A DNA stretch of 64,000 bases, taken from assembly GCA_041576165.1 (NCBI GenBank), contig JBFGLM010000002.1:96001-160000 (forward strand), written 5' to 3'. The translations under genes and the position numbers were made by a program. Below, piece by piece: positions 18,901 to 27,476 of this stretch. Position 1 is the stretch's first letter. Each line of letters opens with the position of its first letter. The DNA is from Acidimicrobiia bacterium (GTDB taxonomy: Bacteria > Actinomycetota > Acidimicrobiia > Spongiisociales > Spongiisociaceae). The notes below the pieces were generated by a model. It was not told the DNA's origin. It saw only the letters and a list, made by a program, of their open reading frames with translations, and searched no databases.

Positions 18901-19080
18901 TCAGACGGGCAGGTCGGTCAGATTGCCGCGACGACGCGCCAAGCGGACCGCCCCCCACCCACCCAAAGCAGCGGCAGGCAGCTCGAGGGCGACGATGATC
19001 TTGGCTCCCGACAACAGCGAGACGAGTGTGAGGACGAACAGGACCAAGGTGCCTACTGCCAGAAAGAGTGCCACCTTCAC
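18901..19080 (-). CDS. Possible small membrane protein
   Basis: Two hydrophobic stretches followed by a basic tail; start uncertain, GTG 19080 chosen. Confidence 0.35.
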   Translation of the reverse strand: MKVALFLAVGTLVLFVLTLVSLLSGAKIIVALELPAAALGGWGAVRLARRRGNLTDLPV

Positions 19081-19239
19081 CGGGCACAGCCGGGTCGCCG
19101 TGTACTCGCCCGGGGCCGCCAAACCGATCGATCCGTCCATGATGGGACTTATCGGACGTGAATCCTCATATCTCAAGCGCCGATCGCGGTTCTTTCAGCG
19201 CCGGACAGCTGGGTAGTGGCAGCTATCATGGCCGCTCTC

Positions 19240-19848
19240 ATGACGTCCGAACCTCGCGCTGACGCGGCCGATGCAGGCCACATCGCACGCCGACTGCATC
19301 ACGAATTCGGCCGGGTCCTAGATGCCTCAACGATCGAGCACACCATCTCGGATACCCGACAGCTGCTGGCGGGGCGAGATCGAGGGGATCAACCACAAGC
19401 GGTGGAGTCGTTGGCCCGCGACCGGTTGCGAGCACAGCTCAGCCGGACCAAGCCGGCCGTCCTGTTCCTGTGTGTGCACAACGCAGGCAGGTCGCAAATG
19501 GCTGCAGGCTGGCTACGCCACCTCGCCGGTGACACAGTCGAGGTGTTTTCGGGCGGCTCGGCGCCGGCGAGCGAGATCAACCAACAGGCCGTGGCGGTGA
19601 TGTCGGAGGCCGGCGTTGACATCCGCGGCTACCACCCGCAGCCCTGGACCGACGAGATTGCTCGAGTTGCCGACGTGATCATCACGATGGGCTGCGGTGA
19701 CGCCTGTCCGGTGGTGCCGGGTGCGCGCTACGAGGATTGGGTGGTTCGCGACCCGGCGGAACAGCCGATCGAAGTGGTCCGCGACATATGCAACGACATC
19801 CGAGCTCGGGTCGAGCGGCTGATACGTGAGATGGGTTTGTCGGAGTGA
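19240..19848 (+). CDS. arsC: Arsenate reductase, LMW-PTP type, with N-terminal helical extension
   Basis: P-loop CVHNAGRS, MGCGDACP and DW...DP motifs; overlaps the MIP gene. Confidence 0.88.
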   Translation: MTSEPRADAADAGHIARRLHHEFGRVLDASTIEHTISDTRQLLAGRDRGDQPQAVESLARDRLRAQLSRTKPAVLFLCVHNAGRSQMAAGWLRHLAGDTVEVFSGGSAPASEINQQAVAVMSEAGVDIRGYHPQPWTDEIARVADVIITMGCGDACPVVPGARYEDWVVRDPAEQPIEVVRDICNDIRARVERLIREMGLSE

Positions 19849-20594
19849 AATATCCCGACGAGCGAGCCGTTGCGCCGGCCGCCGCCCATCCGATCGCGCT
19901 GCCGACGCTGGCGCGTCGGCTCACGGCCGAGTTCATCGGCACGGCGTTTCTCCTGGCCGCGGTGGTGGGCTCGGGCATCATGGCGGAACGGCTCACCGAC
20001 GACGTCGGACTGCAGCTGTTCCAAAACGCCTTCGCCACCGCCGGTGTGCTGGCGGCGCTGATCCTGGCCCTCGGCCCGGCGTCGGGTGCCCATTTCAATC
20101 CGGCCGTGACATTGGCGGATCGGGTGTTCGGCGGCCTCAGTACGAGGACGGCGATGGGGTACATCGGTGCTCAGGTCACCGGTGGGATCGTCGGCGTGCT
20201 GGCGGCGAATGTGATGTTCGGATTGGACCTGATCGAGTGGTCGGCCAAGGATCGTTCCGGGGGCCACCTGGTCTTTGCCGAGGGGGTCGCAACGGTAGGC
20301 CTACTCCTCGTGATCTTCGGCGTGGTCCGGTCCGGACGGCCCTCGGTTGCCGCTTTCTCGGTCGGTGGCTACATCGCGGGGGCGTACTACTTCACATCCT
20401 CCACCAGCTTTGCCAACCCGGCCGTGACGGTAGGCCGCATATTCTCCGACACCTTTGCCGGCATCGCTCCCGGCTCGGCGCCGGCCTTCGTGGCCGCGCA
20501 GCTGGTGGCAACATTCGCCGCCGTCGGGATCATCTACTTGATCTACCCCGACACCGTTGACATGGCCGATCGGGTGATCGTTCCTCACGATTGA
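19845..20594 (+). CDS. MIP/aquaglyceroporin channel, likely arsenite efflux (AqpS-like)
   Basis: AEFIGT, SGAHFNPAVT and SSTSFANPAVT (two NPA motifs); GTGA overlap with arsC. Confidence 0.92.
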   Translation: MKYPDERAVAPAAAHPIALPTLARRLTAEFIGTAFLLAAVVGSGIMAERLTDDVGLQLFQNAFATAGVLAALILALGPASGAHFNPAVTLADRVFGGLSTRTAMGYIGAQVTGGIVGVLAANVMFGLDLIEWSAKDRSGGHLVFAEGVATVGLLLVIFGVVRSGRPSVAAFSVGGYIAGAYYFTSSTSFANPAVTVGRIFSDTFAGIAPGSAPAFVAAQLVATFAAVGIIYLIYPDTVDMADRVIVPHD

Positions 20595-20631
20595 CGTCCA
20601 CCGGGCACTCGCCGCGCCCCGAGTCGCTCGT

Positions 20632-21048
20632 CTACCGCGCCGGCCGTACTGTGATGTCGAGCGGCTCGCCGTCGGCCCAGGTTCCGGCAGCGCTGAACAT
20701 ACCTTCCACGATCTGGCCGTCCAGCTGTGCCACCAATGTACCGTCAGCGGCCACCGAGAGCTGGACAGTGGCGCCTGCGGCCCCCTCGACCGTCACCGCC
20801 GAGTGCGGTGCCAAGCCGACGAGACTGACGTCTATGGCGCGACCCTTGTGGGTGAAGCACGCTGACCCGCCAGCGGTGTCGCGGGTCACACAGCCGTCAC
20901 CCCTCTCGGCGAGTTCGATGACATCGAGTGACTTTGTCACAGAGGATTCCGATGAACAGGCCGAGAGGGTCAGCATCGCGGCCAGTGCTGGTGCCACCCA
21001 GAGCCTCTGCTTCGCGCTACCCGACGGGCGTCTCTCATTCCTGCGCAT
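20632..21048 (-). CDS. Putative lipoprotein, paralog A
   Basis: Lipobox LSAC; mature part aligns with 21417-21800 (about 64 identities in ~100 positions by hand). Confidence 0.8.
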   Translation of the reverse strand: MRRNERRPSGSAKQRLWVAPALAAMLTLSACSSESSVTKSLDVIELAERGDGCVTRDTAGGSACFTHKGRAIDVSLVGLAPHSAVTVEGAAGATVQLSVAADGTLVAQLDGQIVEGMFSAAGTWADGEPLDITVRPAR

Positions 21049-21121
21049 GAGGCGACGGCGCACGAGAAGGCTGTGCGGAAGACGGCGAGAGCCCCGGAGG
21101 CGGTGACGACCCCATTGGCCG

Positions 21122-21176
21122 ATCCTACATCTTCGTTCCAGTCTCTAGCAATGGTCATTGCGGCAACCGTTATTGC
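21122..21176 (-). promoter_or_regulatory. Promoter TTGCTA-N18-TAGGAT with tandem palindromic operator
   Basis: GCAATGGTCATTGC-G-GCAACCGTTATTGC at 21148-21176 overlaps the -35 (21146-21151); -10 at 21122-21127. Confidence 0.7.
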
Positions 21177-21416
21177 TGAGCCTGAGAGCTGCGGACGTGC
21201 CGGCTGGTTCCACGGCCCTCCGGCCGACACCAATCTGCAGCTTCCATACACCTGGTGCCACAGGACTTTGTGAAGCCTCATCAGGCCGTTCAGCCCGGCC
21301 GCCACGGCCGGGATGACGTTCGGTCTACGTTCGAGCGGGCGCCCGTAGCAGCCGTCCGCCGGTTCGAGTCCGAGGTAGTCGGATCGGAGCGCACCGACCC
21401 CGTCCGGCGCCACCGC

Positions 21417-21800
21417 CTACCGTGCCGGCCGCACCGTGATGTGGAGGGGTTCGCCGCCGGCCCAGGTGCCCCTAGTCGTGAACGTCCCGTCGACGATCTG
21501 ACCGTTCAGCTGGGCAACAAGCGTGCCATCGCCATGCGCAAAGAGCTGAATCGTGTTGCTCCCGACACCCTCGACGGTAACGGTCGATCCCCCCACGAGT
21601 CCCGCGAGGTCGACGTCTATTGCGTTGCCCACATGCGTGAAGCACGCCGATCCACCCGCAGCGGCCTCGTGAGTGACACAGGCATCCCCAGTGCCAGTCA
21701 ACTCGACGACTTCTAGTGGCTCCGCTCCGGACGTCTTCGAGGAGCAAGCTGCGGCCAAGAGCATCGTGGCGATCAGCGCCGTGGACAGTTTTCCTTTCAA
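21417..21800 (-). CDS. Putative lipoprotein, paralog B
   Basis: TTG start with GGAGG upstream; lipobox AAAC; paralog of 20632-21048. Confidence 0.82.
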   Translation of the reverse strand: MKGKLSTALIATMLLAAACSSKTSGAEPLEVVELTGTGDACVTHEAAAGGSACFTHVGNAIDVDLAGLVGGSTVTVEGVGSNTIQLFAHGDGTLVAQLNGQIVDGTFTTRGTWAGGEPLHITVRPAR

Positions 21801-21899
21801 CGATTCCTCCCCTCTGGGTGCAGCCGGACCGAGTGGTTTGCCACCGGGCATGCCGGGCTCGACCGAAGTCTCTCGCCCAGCGGATCATGTCGGCGGCGG

Positions 21900-21953
21900 A
21901 CTGTATCAGGCTCCACGCCGTTCAGCAATAACTATTGCGGCAATGATTATTGA
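21900..21953 (-). promoter_or_regulatory. Promoter TTGCTG-N17-TACAGT with tandem palindromic operator
   Basis: GCAATAACTATTGC-G-GCAATGATTATTGA at 21925-21953 overlaps the -35 (21923-21928); -10 at 21900-21905. Confidence 0.7.
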
Positions 21954-22058
21954 CAGCGACCGGCTCTGACGCCCGGTGGTCGGTGGTCGGGGTGTCGCCA
22001 CCCCCAGGGGTCGGACGACCCATTTCGGGGGAGTGTGGGGTTGAAGGGGCAAATGGTG

Positions 22059-22100
22059 TTGACTTGTGGCGCGAAATGGGGCAGAGTGGTTGTCAGTGGG
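22059..22100 (+). promoter_or_regulatory. dcw promoter with MraZ-binding direct repeats
   Basis: TTGACT (-35) followed by GTGGC, ATGGG, GTGGT and GTGGG at an exact 10-bp period (22066, 22076, 22086, 22096). Confidence 0.8.
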
Positions 22101-22222
22101 GAATCCGGAGAGGTTTGGGCCACCGTTGGGCGCTTCTGAGCGCTCCCGGGGTGTCAACCGCCCGGAGTCCACCTGGGCAAGGCCTCGGGAGGGCCAGCGG
22201 TGAGTAAAAGGGCGTACAACGG

Positions 22223-22651
22223 GTGTTCCTCGGCGAGTACCAGCACACGATCGACACGAAGGGGCGAGTCGTGCTGCCCGCCCGTTTCCGCGACCGCCTC
22301 GCTGAGGGCTGCGTCGTCACCAAGGGGCAGGAGCGATGCCTCTATGTCTTCCCGCTCGATCGGTGGGAGGACGAAGTGACAAAGGTTTCACGTCTGCCCC
22401 GCACCGACGCGCGGGCACGGCGCTATGCCCGGTCGTTCTTCGCCGGAGCCAGCCAGCAAGAGCTGGACAGGCAGGGACGTGTGTCGGTGCCGCAGAACCT
22501 TCGGGAGTACGCCGGTCTCGAAAAGGACGTGGCGGTGCTGGGCGTGTCGGATCACATCGAGATTTGGTCAAACGAAGAGTGGGCCCGGCTGAGCAGCGAG
22601 GCCGACGAGTACTACGCCAACATCGAGGAGGCACTCACGGACGACATCTGA
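22223..22651 (+). CDS. mraZ: Division/cell wall cluster repressor MraZ
   Basis: MFLGEYQHTIDTKGRVVLP and LDRQGRV duplicated DxxGR motifs. Confidence 0.97.
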   Translation: MFLGEYQHTIDTKGRVVLPARFRDRLAEGCVVTKGQERCLYVFPLDRWEDEVTKVSRLPRTDARARRYARSFFAGASQQELDRQGRVSVPQNLREYAGLEKDVAVLGVSDHIEIWSNEEWARLSSEADEYYANIEEALTDDI

Positions 22652-22670
22652 GGTGGCGCTCTGACTCATC

Positions 22671-22746
22671 GCCAGCCCCCCGGTTACCAATGGATAGCCC
22701 CTTACTCCGCCCGCTTCCAGTTGGTGCCAGCGCCCGGGGGGCTGGC
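22671..22746 (+). promoter_or_regulatory. Structured intergenic RNA before rsmH (position of the actinobacterial mraW RNA motif)
   Basis: GCCAGCCCCCCGG (22671-22683) pairs perfectly with CCGGGGGGCTGGC (22734-22746), which ends 1 nt before ATG 22748. Confidence 0.55.
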
Positions 22747-22747
22747 C

Positions 22748-23683
22748 ATGAGCCAGAGAACGGAGGGCCGCTACCACGACCCCGTCATGGTCCATGAGGT
22801 GGTCGAGCTGTTCTCGCCGCTGGCGCACGGTGTTGTCGTCGACGCAACGTTCGGCGGCGGAGGGCACTCGGCGGCGATCCTCCGGAACCTGGCTGATGAC
22901 GTCGAGATCGTGGCCATCGACCGCGATCCCGACGCAGTAGCGCATGCCGCCGACAAGGCCAGTGCGTTCGGCGATCGCCTCCGGGTGATCGAAGGCAACT
23001 TTGGGGATTTGGACGTGATACTCGACTCGATCGGGATAGACCGCATAGCGGGGGTGCTCTTCGACCTCGGCGTGTCCAGCCGGCAGCTCGACACGCCGGA
23101 TCGAGGTTTTTCGTTCCGGGCACCGGGTCCGCTCGACATGCGCATGGGTCCCGACGCCGCGATCACGGCGGACCGGCTCGTCAACGAGATGCCGGCGGAA
23201 GAGCTCGGGCGTCTGATTCGTCGTTTTGGGGAAGAGCGGCACGCGTCACGTATTGCCCGGGCCATCGCCGAAGCGCGACCGATCACCGACACCGCCCACC
23301 TCGCGAGCGTCGTGCGAGCGGCCGTTCCAGCTGCCGCCCGACGGGCTGCAGATCCCGCCCGGCGGACCTTCCAAGCGCTGCGCATTGCGGTCAACGATGA
23401 GCTCACGGCCGTGGACCGAGGTGTCGGGGCCGGGTTCGACCGTCTGGCACCCGGCGGGCGCGGCATCGTGATCTCCTATCACTCGCTGGAAGACCGGATA
23501 GTCGCCGGACATGTGCGCACTCGTACGACCGTAGACGTACCGCCCGGGTTGCCGGTCGAACCAGAGCCGGCACCGTTCATCGACCTGACGCCTAAAGCCC
23601 GGCGCCCGACGGCCGCCGAAGTATCAGCCAATCCGCGAGCGCGTAGCGCCCGTCTCCGCGCCATCGAACGGAGGGCCGCGTGA
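22748..23683 (+). CDS. rsmH: 16S rRNA m4C1402 methyltransferase
   Basis: H.PVM..EV, DATFGGGGHS, DLGVSS.QLD, RGFSF, FQALRIAVNDEL and NPRARSARLR. Confidence 0.97.
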   Translation: MSQRTEGRYHDPVMVHEVVELFSPLAHGVVVDATFGGGGHSAAILRNLADDVEIVAIDRDPDAVAHAADKASAFGDRLRVIEGNFGDLDVILDSIGIDRIAGVLFDLGVSSRQLDTPDRGFSFRAPGPLDMRMGPDAAITADRLVNEMPAEELGRLIRRFGEERHASRIARAIAEARPITDTAHLASVVRAAVPAAARRAADPARRTFQALRIAVNDELTAVDRGVGAGFDRLAPGGRGIVISYHSLEDRIVAGHVRTRTTVDVPPGLPVEPEPAPFIDLTPKARRPTAAEVSANPRARSARLRAIERRAA

Positions 23684-24090
23684 CCGTTCGCCCAGTTGCC
23701 GTCCCCCGCCAGGTTGCCGCACCGCTGCGCCTGTTGCACAACCACAAAGTGCGCATACCCCATCTTGGCATGTGGGTCGTCTACACCTTTCTGGCCATCA
23801 TTGCGTTCTTCGGACTCATCTACTCCCGAACTGCCCTCGACGCCAGCGCCTTCGAGCTGCAACAACTCGAAACCGGCATTGCGGAAGAGCAGGAGCGCTT
23901 TCAGCAGCTCAGGTTGGAGGTGGCCCGGCTTTCTTCCCCCGAGCGGATCATCCCAGCCGCCGAGGAAATGGGCCTGATATTCCCCGGCGACGTCACCCCG
24001 CTGACCGCGTCCGGAGTGGTGGCGGGCGATGCCAGCGACTTGGAGGATCGGTGGACCGAGGTCAAATCCGTGCTGAGCGCCGCGCCATGA
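23680..24090 (+). CDS. ftsL: Cell division protein FtsL-like
   Basis: Single TM helix plus coiled coil ending LSSPERI..A..MG; lies between rsmH and ftsI. Confidence 0.85.
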   Translation: MTVRPVAVPRQVAAPLRLLHNHKVRIPHLGMWVVYTFLAIIAFFGLIYSRTALDASAFELQQLETGIAEEQERFQQLRLEVARLSSPERIIPAAEEMGLIFPGDVTPLTASGVVAGDASDLEDRWTEVKSVLSAAP

Positions 24091-24299
24091 GCGTCGTGTG
24101 GCTGAGTGCCATACGAGCCGGGTTGACCAGCCAGATGCGGCTCATGCTGCGAGTGGCACTGTTGACTGCTGCACGCGCCGCCTACGGCGCCATTCAATCC
24201 GGACCGACGATGACCGAGCTGAGCGCTGGCAGCCAGTCCCCGGGGGACGGCGGTGCGACACCCGCCGGGATTGCCCTCGCCGCTCGGCCCAGAGACTAA
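24087..24299 (+). CDS. Putative 70-aa small protein between ftsL and ftsI
   Basis: ATGA overlap with the ftsL stop and TAATG overlap with the ftsI start; not reported as a separate ORF in the track. Confidence 0.5.
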   Translation: MSVVWLSAIRAGLTSQMRLMLRVALLTAARAAYGAIQSGPTMTELSAGSQSPGDGGATPAGIALAARPRD

Positions 24300-26029
24300 T
24301 GGTGGCCCGCAGGACGGGCTCTCGTCTCGGAAGCCTTGACTTCCGACTCATCCTCCTCGGCTTTCTGTTCCTGGCAGCGTGGGCGATGATCGGGTTCAGG
24401 CTGTTCCAGGTGCAAGTTGTGCGGGCCGAGGACTACGCAGGCCAAGCGCGAGCCCAGCGTGTGACGACCCGGGAGCTGGCACCCGATCGTGGCACGATCT
24501 TCGACCGCGAGGGCCGCGAGCTAGCAGTCACGATCGACTCGACATCGGTGTACGCAAACCCGCAACAGGTGATCGATCCGGAGGTGACTGCCACCCTGGT
24601 GGGCGGGCTGCTCGGGCTCGACATAGACGAACTCGAGGCCGAGCTCGATGGAGACGGGTCCTTCGTGTTTGTGGCCCGCCAGCTCGAATGGGAAATCGCC
24701 CAGCAGGTTCGGGAGCTCGAACTACCGGGCATCCACTTCGTGTCGGAACCGAAACGGGTGTATCCGGCAGGATCGCTGGCCGCCCATGTCGTTGGGTTCG
24801 TCGACATCGACTCGATCGGCATCGAGGGTCTCGAGGCCGAATACAACGAGCTGCTGGCCGGGAAGGGCGGGCGGCTGCTGGTCGAGCGCGATGTGGCGGG
24901 CCGGGTGATCCCACAGGGGGAGTATGACCTCGAACCGGCCGAGCCCGGTACCGACCTCATCACGTCGATTGATCGCGAGATCCAGTTCATCGCCGAGTCG
25001 GCGTGCGCCGCGGCGCTGGAGACGACAGGGTCGCGTCAGTGCACGATCGTCGTGCTCGACCCCCACACGTTTGAGATCCGGGCCCTGGTGGTGGCGCCCA
25101 CGTTCGATCCCGCCAACCGACAAAGCGCGGATCCCAGCGTCTACAGCAACGCGGCCGTCCGTACCCAATACGAGCCGGGCTCGACCCAAAAGATCGTAAC
25201 GGTGGCAGCCGCGCTCGAGGACCAGGTGGTGGGCGCCTACACCGAGTTTCTCGTTCCCGATCACATCGAGATGGTCCCCCGGGCGTGCGAGTCCGACACG
25301 GATGACATCACCGGCTGTTTCCGGGACGTCAACAAACATCCGGACACCATCATGACCGTGCGCCAATGTGTCACCGTCTCGTCCAACGTGTGCTCCATCA
25401 AGATCCAGCAGAAGCTCGGCGAAGAACGGCTCAACGACTACCTGGTCAACTTCGGGTACGGACAGCCCACCGGGGTGGATTTCCCGGGCGAGCTGCCCGG
25501 GCGGGTCAAGCTGGACGTGGGTTGCACAACCTGTCCGGCATCGGCGGCGATCGGCTATTCGGTGTCGGTTACCCCGCTCCAGATGGCGGCGGTATACGCC
25601 ACAATCGCCAATGATGGAGTATGGATGAGCCCCCGCCTCGTGACCGCAGTGGTCGATGGCCGCGGCCGCCGCCAGGAGATCGAACCGGCCGAGCGCCGGG
25701 TTGTGTCCGAAGGGACCGCCCGGACCGTTCGCGTGATGTTGCGCAGTGTGGTTGAAGAAGGCACAGGCACCCGGGCCGCGGTCGACGGCTATTCCGTTGG
25801 CGGCAAGACCGGCACCACCCGGCGTTTCGTCGAGGGCGAGGGCTACACCGACCAGGTTCTTGCGTCTTTCATCGGCATGGCACCCATCGAGGATCCGGAA
25901 CTCGTCGTCGGCGTGCTCCTGGATGCTCCCGCACCGGAGTTCGGCTCGGGGGGCCTGGCGGCGGCTCCGGTGTTTGCCGAGGTCATCGAAGGGGCGCTCC
26001 AGCAGATGGGGGTGGGACCCGATGCCTGA
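24299..26029 (+). CDS. ftsI: Peptidoglycan transpeptidase FtsI (class B PBP)
   Basis: RGTIFDREG, RVYP, G.EGLE, EPGSTQK (SxxK), SSN and KTGT. Confidence 0.95.
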   Translation: MVARRTGSRLGSLDFRLILLGFLFLAAWAMIGFRLFQVQVVRAEDYAGQARAQRVTTRELAPDRGTIFDREGRELAVTIDSTSVYANPQQVIDPEVTATLVGGLLGLDIDELEAELDGDGSFVFVARQLEWEIAQQVRELELPGIHFVSEPKRVYPAGSLAAHVVGFVDIDSIGIEGLEAEYNELLAGKGGRLLVERDVAGRVIPQGEYDLEPAEPGTDLITSIDREIQFIAESACAAALETTGSRQCTIVVLDPHTFEIRALVVAPTFDPANRQSADPSVYSNAAVRTQYEPGSTQKIVTVAAALEDQVVGAYTEFLVPDHIEMVPRACESDTDDITGCFRDVNKHPDTIMTVRQCVTVSSNVCSIKIQQKLGEERLNDYLVNFGYGQPTGVDFPGELPGRVKLDVGCTTCPASAAIGYSVSVTPLQMAAVYATIANDGVWMSPRLVTAVVDGRGRRQEIEPAERRVVSEGTARTVRVMLRSVVEEGTGTRAAVDGYSVGGKTGTTRRFVEGEGYTDQVLASFIGMAPIEDPELVVGVLLDAPAPEFGSGGLAAAPVFAEVIEGALQQMGVGPDA

Positions 26030-27476
26030 ACCGGTGACGCTCGCGACGCTGGCCCAGCAGGTGGGCGCGGAGTTGCGGGGCGACGGCAGCGTCTGGATAG
26101 AGGACGTGACCCATGACAGCCGGGCCGCCGGACCCCGCTCGCTGTTCGTTGCGGTTCGCGGGTTCACCGTTGACGGCCACCGGTACGTCGCCGGTCTCGC
26201 CGGGCGGGCGGGGGCGGCGGCAGTCGAGGAGTGGGTGGAGGCCGACATTCCGCAGCTCCTCGTGGCCGATTCACGGCTTGCGCTCGGGCTGCTGGCCGAC
26301 GTCGTTCATGGTCATCCGAGCCGGGCGATGGACGTCGTCGGGGTGACGGGCACGAACGGAAAAACCACGGTGACCTACATGATCGAGTCGATCGTGCGGG
26401 CGGCCGGCGGCAGGCCGGCGCGCGTCGGCACGACCGGCGCTTCGCTGAATGGGCGGTCGGTGCCGGTGCCCCGTACCACGCCCGAAGCCAGCGACCTCCA
26501 CCGGCTGCTGGCAACCATGGCGCAGGCCGGGATCTCAGTCGCCTCGATCGAGGTCTCCTCCCATGCGCTCCAGCTCGGCAGAGTGGAAGGCGTCGATTTC
26601 GCGGTTGCCGGATTCACGAACCTCAGTCAGGACCACCTCGACTTTCATGGCGACATGGAGAGCTATTTTCGGACCAAGGCCAGGCTGTTCGATGGTCGGG
26701 CGCGAGCCGAGGTCATTTGGACCGATGACCCCTATGGCCGGCGATTGTTCGAGCTGCGTTCGCGAGTCGCCATGTCGGTTGGATTCGACGACGCCGACGT
26801 TCGAGCATCGCAGGTGAGGACCACCTTGGGTCGCTCTTCATTCCTGCTCGAAACTCCTGGCGGCAAAGTCCCCGTGGAGTTGCCACTGGGCGGAGAGTTC
26901 AACGTCGCCAACGCGGCGATCGCGGCCGCCTGCGTGCTGCCCATTGATTTCGATCTCGAGGCGATCGCGGAGGGTCTCCAGGCTGTACCGCCCATCCCCG
27001 GACGCATGGAACGAATCAAGCGGGGTCAACCCTTTGCGGTGCTGGTCGATTACGCCCACACTCCAGGAGGGATCGAGATCATTGTGGACTCGGCCCGTCG
27101 GGTCGCGTCGGGCCGAGTGATAGTGGTGGTCGGAGCGGGTGGCGACCGGGATCGTGACAAACGATCTCAGATGGGCGCCGCCGGCGCGCGGGCGGACGTG
27201 TTGATCGTCACTTCGGACAACCCCAGGTCCGAGGATCCAGAGGTCATCATCGACGAAGTTCTGGTCGGTGTGGCCGGCGCGGCCGCGACGATCATGCGGG
27301 AGGCCGATCGCCGGGCGGCAATAGAGTTGGCCATCGAGCTCGCCGCCCCCGATGACGTGGTGCTGGTGCTCGGCAAGGGGCACGAACCCGGACAGGAGGT
27401 CCGGGGCGTGGTGCTGCCGTTCGACGACCGCCGGGTGGTGGCCGAAGCACTGGAAGCCGCCGGTTACGCATCATGA
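26022..27476 (+). CDS. murE: UDP-MurNAc-dipeptide:meso-DAP ligase
   Basis: GVTGTNGKTT, TTPE, EVSSH, DHLDFH, VDYAHTP and SDNPR (DAP-type motif). Confidence 0.96.
   Translation: MPEPVTLATLAQQVGAELRGDGSVWIEDVTHDSRAAGPRSLFVAVRGFTVDGHRYVAGLAGRAGAAAVEEWVEADIPQLLVADSRLALGLLADVVHGHPSRAMDVVGVTGTNGKTTVTYMIESIVRAAGGRPARVGTTGASLNGRSVPVPRTTPEASDLHRLLATMAQAGISVASIEVSSHALQLGRVEGVDFAVAGFTNLSQDHLDFHGDMESYFRTKARLFDGRARAEVIWTDDPYGRRLFELRSRVAMSVGFDDADVRASQVRTTLGRSSFLLETPGGKVPVELPLGGEFNVANAAIAAACVLPIDFDLEAIAEGLQAVPPIPGRMERIKRGQPFAVLVDYAHTPGGIEIIVDSARRVASGRVIVVVGAGGDRDRDKRSQMGAAGARADVLIVTSDNPRSEDPEVIIDEVLVGVAGAAATIMREADRRAAIELAIELAAPDDVVLVLGKGHEPGQEVRGVVLPFDDRRVVAEALEAAGYAS

Noticed and set aside
21177-21416. Possible gene remnant between the two lipoproteins
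   Set aside because: No frame has a convincing start or motif, and the candidate ORFs run through the operator or the neighbouring genes.
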